Part shown: positions 9,893 to 18,209 of the stretch, piece by piece | How the letters are laid out: every line of letters begins with the position of its first letter | Position numbering within the stretch: position 1 is the first letter of the stretch | Assembly (NCBI GenBank): GCA_963674745.2 | Contig: CAXXDV010000001.1 | Span: 1,184,001 to 1,248,000 of the forward strand | Length of the DNA stretch: 64,000 nt | Source of the DNA: Desulfosudaceae bacterium | GTDB taxonomy: Bacteria; Desulfobacterota; Desulfobacteria; Desulfobacterales; Desulfosudaceae | Direction of reading: 5' to 3' | Notes under the pieces: generated by a model | Databases searched by the model: none | What the model was told of the DNA's origin: nothing | The model's input: the letters and a program-made list of their open reading frames with translations, nothing else | Program-made: the position numbers and the translations under genes

Positions 9893-12115
9893 ATGGCAGA
9901 CTATATAAAATATAAGAAACTCAAACAGCACGACCCTGATGATGGGAAGCGTAAACACATCTCCCCCTATATTGAAAATTCGTTTGTTGGGGAAGACCAT
10001 ATTCGGGGGGAAAAGGAAATCATCATTACCGAAGGAATGCCGGACTGGATAAGCGCTGTTGATAAAGGGTTTGCAGCGGTATCTCCGGTCACTACGCGCT
10101 TTAAAGACGACGATATTAAACGGCTTGCCGAAATTACAGCAGGCGCCGAATCCATATATATTATAAACGACAATGAAACCAACCAGGCCGGTTATAAAGG
10201 CGCCTTAGAAACGGGTAAATACCTTAGCAAGACAGGAAAGAATATTTACCTTGTGGAGCTGCCCAGGCCGGAAGGCAAGGACAAAATTGACCTGAACGAG
10301 TATTTGCGTGATCATACCGCTGATGAACTCCGGGACTTGATGTCAGAGTCCAAGACTGTCCTGGAGATATTAATCGATTCCCTGCCAGAAGATTTGCCGA
10401 AGGCCTTACCCGAATTACGGAATGATATCCTGCCCATACTTATAGAGCTTGATGGTACCCTGCAAGACTATTATTCCAAGTTATCGTCCCAAAAAATAGG
10501 CTCTACTGTACCGAACATCAAAAAGGAAATCGAACAAGCGAAAAAACGGAAGGCTGAAAAAGAAAAAGCCGAAGACGTAAAGCCCGTTGACCCAGAAATT
10601 TTAAAGCAAGCAGAACAGATTGCAAAAGACCCCGGCCTGCTGAAAAAACGTATAGACCTTGTCAATCTTAGTGGTATTGTCGGCGAGCGTAATGTAATTG
10701 CCATGATTTTTGCCTGTATGGATTCAAGGTTGTTGCCCGATGATAATGTAAACCCAAACACATTGAACGTGAAAATAGCCGGGCATAGCGGCAGCGGTAA
10801 ATCCTGTATAGTCAAAAGCTGCTTAACCCTTTATCCGGAAAGCGTTTATAAGCTCATCACCAGCGCCAGTGAAAAGGCTTTATACCGCATGAGTACCGAC
10901 ATGAAACATAAAGCGTTAATTTTCGCAGAAGGTTTTCAGTTCCAGAGCAACAATGGCCAAGACTCAGAGATGGTTTATACTGTCAGATGTTTGCTGTCCG
11001 AGGGCCGGGTGTCATATCTGGTGACCGAAAAAAAGGAAGACGGCACTTTAGAAACAGCGGAAAGAAAACTCGAAGGCCCGACCAGTTTTTTAACCACGAC
11101 CATTAAAGAAAAACTTGAAGATCAATTAGAAGACCGTTTGTTTACAATACATCCGGACGAGTCCATGGAACAGAGCATGAACATTATCCGCGCATCGGCC
11201 AATCGCAAAGCGGGATTGATCTATGAAATTGATATTAAAACCATAAATGCCTGGAAAACGTTTCATGAAAATTTAAATCCGATCCAAATCGTCATCCCTT
11301 ATGCGCCGGCCATTGCTGATTATATCAACAAAAATGGTAAACCCCCTATTTCAATCCGGAGGGCGTATAACCGGGTGCTTTCGGTTATTCAAGCAATAAC
11401 CTGTGCCTATCAGCATCAAAGGAAAACTGATACGAATAACCGTAAGGTGGCTGAAATCGCGGATTACTGGATGGCATTACAGATCGTAAAAGAAGCATTC
11501 AAGGAAAATCTGGGACAGCAGAACATTAAAAATAACAAGCGAATAGAGCATATCAGGGATAATGAGCCGGTCAATTATAACGAACTTAAAGCTGTTTGGG
11601 GCATCAGTAAGCCGGCTGTTTCTCAATGGGTCTCGGCAAGGATTAAGGAGGGGGTGCTAGTTCGCTGCGATGACTGCGGCAATGAACTTGATGGCTCGTC
11701 TGAATCGAGGTCTTTGATAAAGTCGGGAAAAAGCTATGTCAAAGTCAGTGATGAATATGCGGATGATGAAGCGATTGGACTGCCCTCCCCTTATGAATTG
11801 TCGGGCGATGATGAATGGTCGGCCAGCGGAAAGCAATTGCATAAATATGATCTTAAAATTGATCATCAGGTATTAAGCAGTATTAAGCCGGTATTAAACG
11901 ACCAGCTTAATACCTCCGATGAGGATGAAAGGGTTAATAATATTAGTGATTCTGATGACACAGATGCCGGTATTAAGGTCTTAAGTGAAGATCCTGAGGA
12001 TAACGATAATATAATTGAATTAAATGAAAAGAAACAAATCGTAGATGATGAGGATGAATTAATGGAATGGCTTGGGCTTGGCACATCAAAAAACAGAAAA
12101 TCAGCATCATCATAG
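9893..12115 (+). CDS. Toprim domain + P-loop NTPase (primase-helicase C-terminal part)
   Basis: IITEGMPD, IINDNE, DLNEY (Toprim); GHSGSGKS Walker A; probable wHTH near the C-terminus. Confidence 0.85.
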   Translation: MADYIKYKKLKQHDPDDGKRKHISPYIENSFVGEDHIRGEKEIIITEGMPDWISAVDKGFAAVSPVTTRFKDDDIKRLAEITAGAESIYIINDNETNQAGYKGALETGKYLSKTGKNIYLVELPRPEGKDKIDLNEYLRDHTADELRDLMSESKTVLEILIDSLPEDLPKALPELRNDILPILIELDGTLQDYYSKLSSQKIGSTVPNIKKEIEQAKKRKAEKEKAEDVKPVDPEILKQAEQIAKDPGLLKKRIDLVNLSGIVGERNVIAMIFACMDSRLLPDDNVNPNTLNVKIAGHSGSGKSCIVKSCLTLYPESVYKLITSASEKALYRMSTDMKHKALIFAEGFQFQSNNGQDSEMVYTVRCLLSEGRVSYLVTEKKEDGTLETAERKLEGPTSFLTTTIKEKLEDQLEDRLFTIHPDESMEQSMNIIRASANRKAGLIYEIDIKTINAWKTFHENLNPIQIVIPYAPAIADYINKNGKPPISIRRAYNRVLSVIQAITCAYQHQRKTDTNNRKVAEIADYWMALQIVKEAFKENLGQQNIKNNKRIEHIRDNEPVNYNELKAVWGISKPAVSQWVSARIKEGVLVRCDDCGNELDGSSESRSLIKSGKSYVKVSDEYADDEAIGLPSPYELSGDDEWSASGKQLHKYDLKIDHQVLSSIKPVLNDQLNTSDEDERVNNISDSDDTDAGIKVLSEDPEDNDNIIELNEKKQIVDDEDELMEWLGLGTSKNRKSASS

Positions 12116-12386
12116 ATGAGAGGGTTGATTGATTTTCAGAAAAATAATAATAAACTGTCTTATCCGGCCTTATGACCTGATCTATAAAAATCTATCCCTG
12201 TATTTTTTGCCCGAAACAATATAGGTCATTTACTTTTGTTAATAAAAATCCGTATCAGCCTTCATAGAATTTGGCTTAATACCTTAAGACCCGATAGCAA
12301 CAAATCGTTTTTGTTAATTAAATTAATGGAATAGTGAAGATCGCGGGTATTAAGGAAGGTGATTAATACCAGCTTAATACCTTAAT
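11869..12386. repeat. Two inverted arrays of GGTATTAAG iterons, candidate replication origin
   Basis: Arrays at 11869-11985 and 12273-12386 have the same iteron order and near-identical spacing when one is reverse-complemented. Confidence 0.65.
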
Positions 12387-12524
12387 TTTAATTGTCAGAT
12401 AAAGCTATAATAAAACACCTGACAGCGCCGGCACCTGATACAAAAGTCCAGTCCTGAACGTTTAAGTCGCAGGGTGTTAAGGTGGTAAACGAGTGTGAGG
12501 GTAAAAAAACTCAGCTGAGGCATT

Positions 12525-12875
12525 TTATGGTTGTTCGCTTACCCATATGATTCGGCCATGCCTGATCCAAAAATGGCTTTGGCAACCAACTTTTCGCCAA
12601 ACCGAAGGATGAAGACTTACAACGTTCCTTTTATGAAAAGTGACTGACCATTTAGGCTTTTGATTGGGCATTAATCCCATATGCAGAGTTTCTCCACAAC
12701 CGCAGGGGCATATCATTGCAGAATACCAAAGAAAACCATTTTCCCCGATAATATAAAGCTTATTCTCCTCCAGTGAATCCGGTAGTTCCTCTGCTTGTAT
12801 AGCTGTAATGCTTCGTTTTCGATTTGTTAGCCTGTGGTAAACCCGTTTCAGCACCGCCCAGATTTTCATCATCAA
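12525..12875 (-). CDS. DUF6527-like Cys/His metal-binding protein
   Basis: CPCGCG..W..SLHPSVW..GCQSHFWIRHGRIIW. Confidence 0.8.
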   Translation of the reverse strand: MMMKIWAVLKRVYHRLTNRKRSITAIQAEELPDSLEENKLYIIGENGFLWYSAMICPCGCGETLHMGLMPNQKPKWSVTFHKRNVVSLHPSVWRKVGCQSHFWIRHGRIIWVSEQP

Positions 12876-14269
12876 TCCTTTTTACTGAGCGCTGGCATAT
12901 CTAAAAGAGGGCGGGTATCTCCCCGCCCTACCCATTTTTTAAACACATCACAAGGAGGGCCATCGGGTTCATGTACAAACAAACCCTCATTTAAAGAAAA
13001 TCTATATATGGCATATTCAGCGTTTGAATCATTTCGATATGGAATTATGCGCGCCAAGAGTTCATTGACACCGAATGAGGCAATAAGCATGTTAATCGAA
13101 ATTACAGCCGGTTTATCTTCATCGACACCTTCAATATATCCAGCCTTAAATTGATCATAGTAAGTCTCTGGATCGGAGTGCTTTAAGGCTTCTGCTCGCA
13201 GACGTTCTTGCGTATACACCCCTCGGCTTAACAAGCTTGACCCCCCAGGCTTTAGATAGTGTACGGTTCCGCACACATAATCAACGCCCCCTTCTCCATC
13301 CGCTAATAGTTTTACGCCAAGGTCAAAATATGGAATCAGATAGGTAGTTGCCAATTTGTTCAGGGTATGCCTACCATCAACGGTGTCCATACACCCAAAA
13401 AGAATGTCACAGGTTGAAAGGGTCTTGATAACTTTTTTGCTAAATAAATCCTCAGGGAAACATTCAACGCTTGTCCCAAACCCCATTGAATTTATATGGT
13501 CCGCCATAATTTCGACTTTAAATCTGCTCTGGAGAGCGTCATCCATAGTTGCCTGTGGGATTCGGTTTAAATTTTTTTCCTCAATTCTGTCAGGGTCTAC
13601 GATTACAAGGCTTCCGATGCAATTTCTTGCAAGTTGTTCGATAACAAGGCTTCCTGTCCCGGAACAACCGACAACGCCAATTTTTATTTTTCTTAATAGC
13701 TGGTATGTTTTATTTCCAAAAGCTTGAGCCAGTCTTACACCATATCGGTCCGGAGTTTTAGGCGGTGCTGAATCGTTATCGAACCAGAATTTGATATCAT
13801 TTCCGACAACTTTTATACACGAGATGGGTATAAATCCATTGTTACAGAAAGACCGTCCTATTAACCGCCCATCTTCAAGCATAATGACACTGGCATGTGG
13901 TACATCGTCAGAAGTCCAGATGTCAGTATAATTGAAAAACAAATTATCAGAGATATCATCTCTTGCCGAAAAATCCGCATAGCCGTTTGGATGGCTATGA
14001 ATTTTGACGACAGACAAGCTCTTTTTCTCGGCCTTTTCAAGTATTCCTGGTAAAAAATCAGTTCGCCATTTAATGTAGTCAGCTGTGCGTTCACAACAAC
14101 CCTCTGGAACCGATAATATTTCATTAACAAGAAGCCCATACGAACCATCTACTTGTCTTTGTCGGCAAAGCGCAAAAGCGATTGACTCAAAGCCATCTCC
14201 AGGAAATAGCAGCCTCTGAAGTCGTTTATAGTGGCTTTCTATCAAAGATAAAGTTAGTTCTTGCTTCAT
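12872..14269 (-). CDS. JAB peptidase-ThiF/E1 fusion
   Basis: N-terminal E..HSHP..FSARDD JAB motif; VVGCSGTGS, VDPD..NLNR, GCMD adenylation domain. ATGA overlap with the E2 stop. Confidence 0.88.
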   Translation of the reverse strand: MKQELTLSLIESHYKRLQRLLFPGDGFESIAFALCRQRQVDGSYGLLVNEILSVPEGCCERTADYIKWRTDFLPGILEKAEKKSLSVVKIHSHPNGYADFSARDDISDNLFFNYTDIWTSDDVPHASVIMLEDGRLIGRSFCNNGFIPISCIKVVGNDIKFWFDNDSAPPKTPDRYGVRLAQAFGNKTYQLLRKIKIGVVGCSGTGSLVIEQLARNCIGSLVIVDPDRIEEKNLNRIPQATMDDALQSRFKVEIMADHINSMGFGTSVECFPEDLFSKKVIKTLSTCDILFGCMDTVDGRHTLNKLATTYLIPYFDLGVKLLADGEGGVDYVCGTVHYLKPGGSSLLSRGVYTQERLRAEALKHSDPETYYDQFKAGYIEGVDEDKPAVISINMLIASFGVNELLARIIPYRNDSNAEYAIYRFSLNEGLFVHEPDGPPCDVFKKWVGRGDTRPLLDMPALSKKD

Positions 14270-14682
14270 GTTTTTTTTAGTTCCTGAAAGAGCCATTCAC
14301 CGACGAGGGTAATATGTGTTTCAATATTATCGATACCAATACGCCAAGGATTTTTATTGGTCCGGTGCCTTGACCAACGCTGCCAGGATTTCCCATCGAA
14401 CATTTCGTTTGATATAGCTTTTATTGCTCTGCCGTCATTTCGAGCTAAATCAGGATAAAAATATACCATGTCAATCTGGGTATCGGGATATGTACGATCA
14501 ATTCTGAGACGTACGTCAACAACCCGATGATTGTAACCCTTTGGAATTCGGTAACCATAAATAATTATGCTCTGGACTTTCCCTTCGGTGACGGCCTCCC
14601 ACGAGAGGTTAATGGAATTAAGAAAATCTCTGTCGTCTTCCGGTAAGTCGAAATCAAACCGCAGACCCTTACTATCCTTCAT
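14266..14682 (-). CDS. Prokaryotic E2/UBC-like protein (Cys-free)
   Basis: YRIPKGYN, YPDTQIDMVY, WQRWSRH, PWRIGID (Prok-E2 family E pattern). Confidence 0.8.
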   Translation of the reverse strand: MKDSKGLRFDFDLPEDDRDFLNSINLSWEAVTEGKVQSIIIYGYRIPKGYNHRVVDVRLRIDRTYPDTQIDMVYFYPDLARNDGRAIKAISNEMFDGKSWQRWSRHRTNKNPWRIGIDNIETHITLVGEWLFQELKKT

Positions 14683-14992
14683 TTAAATGTCGTCCTTCTG
14701 TTTGATCGAGCGGCAAAGTCATAAAACGCTCAACGCCAGGCTCCCGAAAATCAGCCGTTTGGTCTAATTCGATTTTTTTGGTCTGACCGCCATGAAGCTT
14801 TTGATATAAGGCAAATCGTTCAGGGGGTGTCTTGTCAGCGAGTTTTAAGATTTCTCGTCCGGTCATTTCTGGCACATCGACCACGAAATGCTGTTTATCA
14901 ATTCTGATTTTGTACTGTTTTGCAGTAGGGATTGGTTTACCTTCTTTGGCATACTGTTCCACATCAACCACTTCTTTAATTTCATTATCCAT
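14672..14992 (-). CDS. Multiubiquitin-family ubiquitin-like protein
   Basis: YKIRIDK..MTGREILKLA..DFREPGVERFMT..QTEG. Confidence 0.85.
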   Translation of the reverse strand: MDNEIKEVVDVEQYAKEGKPIPTAKQYKIRIDKQHFVVDVPEMTGREILKLADKTPPERFALYQKLHGGQTKKIELDQTADFREPGVERFMTLPLDQTEGRHLNEG

Positions 14993-15052
14993 TTTATATG
15001 TCCTCTTTTATTAATTTTGGTGTTCAGGGCTCGCCGTAACGAGCCCCGATTT

Positions 15053-15226
15053 CTATCTTTCCTTTCTGACACCTTTAAAAGGCTTTCTATCGCTTTTTTG
15101 ATCGATGAATCTCCCGGATTCAGTATCCCGCTTTGTCCATCTATCCGTTTTGGGGTTATAGGCTTGTGAACGATCACGAACCGCCCCGATCCTTCTACCG
15201 TCGCCGGTCGGTGGATTTGTGGCCAT
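15053..15226 (-). CDS. Small basic 57-aa protein
   Basis: Strong AGGAGGTG RBS; MATNPPTGDGRRIGAVRDRSQ..PFKGVRKER. Confidence 0.7.
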   Translation of the reverse strand: MATNPPTGDGRRIGAVRDRSQAYNPKTDRWTKRDTESGRFIDQKSDRKPFKGVRKER

Positions 15227-15265
15227 TCTGCTCACCTCCTTTCTATATGAAATGCATCCCTGCCC

Positions 15266-15295
15266 ATCTGGTTCATTGAACACGATGAACCAGAT
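15266..15295. promoter_or_regulatory. Palindromic operator A
   Basis: ATCTGGTTCA-N10-TGAACCAGAT, part of a perfect 13-bp inverted repeat upstream of the small-protein/Ubl operon. Confidence 0.65.
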
Positions 15296-15307
15296 GGTAA
15301 AAAATTT

Positions 15308-15850
15308 TTACTTAATACGAAAATATACAAATTCAATACCACCTGAAGATGCCAATTCTTCCTGCCTCAACAAAAACCCTTTTTCCCACAAGTATTTTAG
15401 TTTTGAGCTTGCGTTAGTTAGTTTTAAATTCAATTTTTCTGCAGCCTTAACCGTAGTAATCGAAGGAACGGATAAAGCATAGTCCAGTAAATCAACGGTT
15501 CCACGGGTTGGTTGAACACCCAAAAGCTGATATCCTATTTTGTCCCAAACAATTATGGGCTGATTCTTTTTTTCGGCTGCGTATGACCAGTTATCCAACA
15601 AATCGGAATCGGTAACATCAGTCAGACAAAAGCCTTTATCACCACGATATTTCTTTGCAATTTCAATCACACTCTCGCGTGGGAAAGAAGCATCAGTATG
15701 TTGCACTCCTTCAAGTGAGACCTGAAAAATCTTTTTCCCAGGATTATTTTTTACAAGATCCAAAAGCCTTATATAAACTTTTTGACCTTGCTTGTGACCC
15801 CAGCCGTCAGGGCTATCCATTAAGTCTCTTAAACGAATAATCTGATTCAT
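15308..15850 (-). CDS. STAS-like (DUF4325-like) + winged-HTH regulator (CapS-like)
   Basis: VSLEGVQHTDASF STAS motif; C-terminal AAEKLNLKLTNASSKLKYLWEKGFL..GGIEFVY wHTH. Start uncertain (15850, 15859 or 15886). Confidence 0.7.
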   Translation of the reverse strand: MNQIIRLRDLMDSPDGWGHKQGQKVYIRLLDLVKNNPGKKIFQVSLEGVQHTDASFPRESVIEIAKKYRGDKGFCLTDVTDSDLLDNWSYAAEKKNQPIIVWDKIGYQLLGVQPTRGTVDLLDYALSVPSITTVKAAEKLNLKLTNASSKLKYLWEKGFLLRQEELASSGGIEFVYFRIK

Positions 15851-15869
15851 TGAATACATTGAACCAGAT
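15840..15869. promoter_or_regulatory. Palindromic operator B
   Basis: ATCTGATTCATTGAATACATTGAACCAGAT, 26/30 identical to operator A. Overlaps the regulator's start codon; a minus-strand TTGACA lies at 15881-15886. Confidence 0.65.
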
Positions 15870-16787
15870 TTATTTTTGCCTGTCAAGGAAAAAATCGAAA
15901 TTAATTTGAGTACCGTGAATTTTGGGGAGAGATTCGTAACAATACGCGGTGCTTCGATATGTTCCTGACGAAGGCTCTAAGCACAAACAACTATTGGGTA
16001 GCCTTATGGTTAGATTTGCTTTGTATTTTAATGCTTTTTCAGCACTTTGCTTTAATCCGCAGCCGCGATTGGTACCATGTCGTGATACTCCTCTCCGAAA
16101 TACTTCTAATAACAATTCGGTGTCAGATAATTTAGAAAGGCTTGGAAATTCTACTGATAAAGAGGGCCTTAATGTTTGTAGAATTCCCTTACCACTATCT
16201 GATACAATCACTTTTATCTTACTTCCTCCTTTATAAACCTGCAAAGCAGCGTATCCATCTAATTCGGTTGAACTGTGCTCAAAAATATTATCGATTAGCT
16301 CACCAAATACGGTAAAAGCGGCATTTCTTAACAATTGGCAATCAGGCCTTTCAACAATAGCTTCTTTAAGCGTATCTGCAAGCGTACTTGGAAGGTTCTC
16401 ATCACGTGAATTTGGGTTTATGCTTTTTATTTCAACAAGACCAGGATTCTTACCCCCATAAACTTTCGCACCTGAATAGAAAGGCCGTTCAGGAAAAACA
16501 TCGATTTTATCATTCAAGAAATCAAAAAAGCCCATACGATTTAAATATCCCAAAGCTCCATACTCATCCTCCTCGAATTGCAAAATAACTTTTTTCCCAA
16601 AAAAGTTTAATTGATTTGCAAAGCTTAATAAAATAACTCCAGCATCAACCATTATTTTGCACCTTTCTGGAACTTGAAAAATAACCTCTTTAACAGACCG
16701 GTGAAAATAGTTTGATGAGGAAAGAGCTCCTTGAAAATCCAAGCAGTTAATCCATTTGGGGGGTAAAAGTATAGTTAATGATTTCAT
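15870..16787 (-). CDS. Anti-sigma-factor-like HATPase kinase with N-terminal STAS-like domain (CapK-like)
   Basis: YLNRMGFF, ELIDNIFEHS (N box), VSDSGKGI (G1), RGCGL (G2), GTQI. Confidence 0.8.
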   Translation of the reverse strand: MKSLTILLPPKWINCLDFQGALSSSNYFHRSVKEVIFQVPERCKIMVDAGVILLSFANQLNFFGKKVILQFEEDEYGALGYLNRMGFFDFLNDKIDVFPERPFYSGAKVYGGKNPGLVEIKSINPNSRDENLPSTLADTLKEAIVERPDCQLLRNAAFTVFGELIDNIFEHSSTELDGYAALQVYKGGSKIKVIVSDSGKGILQTLRPSLSVEFPSLSKLSDTELLLEVFRRGVSRHGTNRGCGLKQSAEKALKYKANLTIRLPNSCLCLEPSSGTYRSTAYCYESLPKIHGTQINFDFFLDRQK

Positions 16788-16868
16788 TTAAATGCGAATT
16801 GTGTATTAGATTTTATCAAAATACGATACATATAGCCTACTTTCATTAATATCTTTTGATCAACGAAG

Positions 16869-18209
16869 CTAAGCATTAAACGCCTCTTTGATAACCACCT
16901 GCATGAGCATTTCGGAATTCTGCTGTGCGTTTGAGATTTGGATTTCGATCCTTGATAAATATTCAAAAGAGTAATCCAATTTTTTTATGATTTCTCTTTG
17001 TTCATCGAATGGTGGAACCGGAATCAGGTATGAAACAATATTTTTAATATTAATCCTTGGTGAGGCTGCTCCAGCCAATGATTTGTTAATATGTGACCAT
17101 ATAACTTGTGACTTTAGAAAATAATTTAAAAATCTGGCACCAATGGTGGAATATGACCTGAAAAGCATAACCCGCTGTCCTAAGCATAACGGCTCCTTGC
17201 AGTCAATTATTGAAGATATCCCTAATCGTCCTCCCTCACGGATATAGATAATATCTCCTTGTTGAGGGACTAACCGTGATACTCTCTTTTCATACTCTTT
17301 TTGATCAACAAATTTAGCACTATCGAAATTGAGCCCATTATCAGTAATATTTTGAGAAAGTACGCATAGGTAACCATTTTGTGTATATTTCGGAGTGGAA
17401 TGAGGACAATCGACATATAAAAGATTAAAATCTTCTATATGTGCCCAAACCCAGCCTTTGGGCAGTTCAAACGGGATTTCATCTTCTGTGATCGGCGGCA
17501 GGGGTTTTTGTCTTTTTATTTTCTTTGCTTTTACCAGGCGGTCTTTTTCGGCCTTAATACGTTTTAGGAGTTCGGAGGCCGGCTCAGCGTGAGAATTATC
17601 TCTGCGCCATTGTTCGGTCAATTTTCCGGAAATGGCGTCATGTAAAATAGATTGGCGAATTTTTTTTAAGAGGGATTGCTGGCGGGTAACTTCATCCTCA
17701 AGTTCGGCAATAGCACATCTGGATTTGTGGGTCTGGGAGGAAATCCTATTCTGCTTTTGGGTAGAAATGCCCGGAATTTTCATGTCTAAAAAGATTCTCT
17801 CTTTGAATCGATTTCGACTTATTCCGGAAACCCCCTTGCTCATCCGGTTAACATAATCAATATTTGAGGGTAAAAGAATGTAATCAAGAAGATAGTTTAT
17901 ATTAATTTCCGTTTGGTCATATGTAAAAACAGGAAATTCATTTGAAACCAGGCACCCATCGAATTCTTTTTCTATAATTGCGAAAGAGCTTTTCCATGCA
18001 AATAATCGATTGTATATAAAATCACCTGTTTTAACCCGATACAATTTTTTTGCTTTTATATCTCCACCGGTTTTTTCTTCTCTGACAAAAGCACCTTTGC
18101 CGTACCATTTAACTCCTAAAAGCTTATATGTTGTGTTGTTGTCCAGAATCACTTCTCTTTTGATCTGTTTAAGAAAAGTCCCGATGGTCGGGTTTTGGTT
18201 AGTTTTCAT
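16869..18209 (-). CDS. hsdS: Type I R-M specificity subunit
   Basis: Two TRDs, central EPASELLKRIKAEK..IPFELPKGWVW, IPVPPFDEQ; coupled to hsdM (TAATG). Confidence 0.9.
   Translation of the reverse strand: MKTNQNPTIGTFLKQIKREVILDNNTTYKLLGVKWYGKGAFVREEKTGGDIKAKKLYRVKTGDFIYNRLFAWKSSFAIIEKEFDGCLVSNEFPVFTYDQTEININYLLDYILLPSNIDYVNRMSKGVSGISRNRFKERIFLDMKIPGISTQKQNRISSQTHKSRCAIAELEDEVTRQQSLLKKIRQSILHDAISGKLTEQWRRDNSHAEPASELLKRIKAEKDRLVKAKKIKRQKPLPPITEDEIPFELPKGWVWAHIEDFNLLYVDCPHSTPKYTQNGYLCVLSQNITDNGLNFDSAKFVDQKEYEKRVSRLVPQQGDIIYIREGGRLGISSIIDCKEPLCLGQRVMLFRSYSTIGARFLNYFLKSQVIWSHINKSLAGAASPRINIKNIVSYLIPVPPFDEQREIIKKLDYSFEYLSRIEIQISNAQQNSEMLMQVVIKEAFNA

Noticed and set aside
12525..14992. CBASS type II or ThiS/MoaD sulfur-transfer operon
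   Set aside because: No CD-NTase and no cofactor biosynthesis genes; the Ubl is multiubiquitin type
16784..16966. 60-aa ORF bridging hsdS and the kinase gene
   Set aside because: Mostly overlaps hsdS in another frame; no RBS or motif
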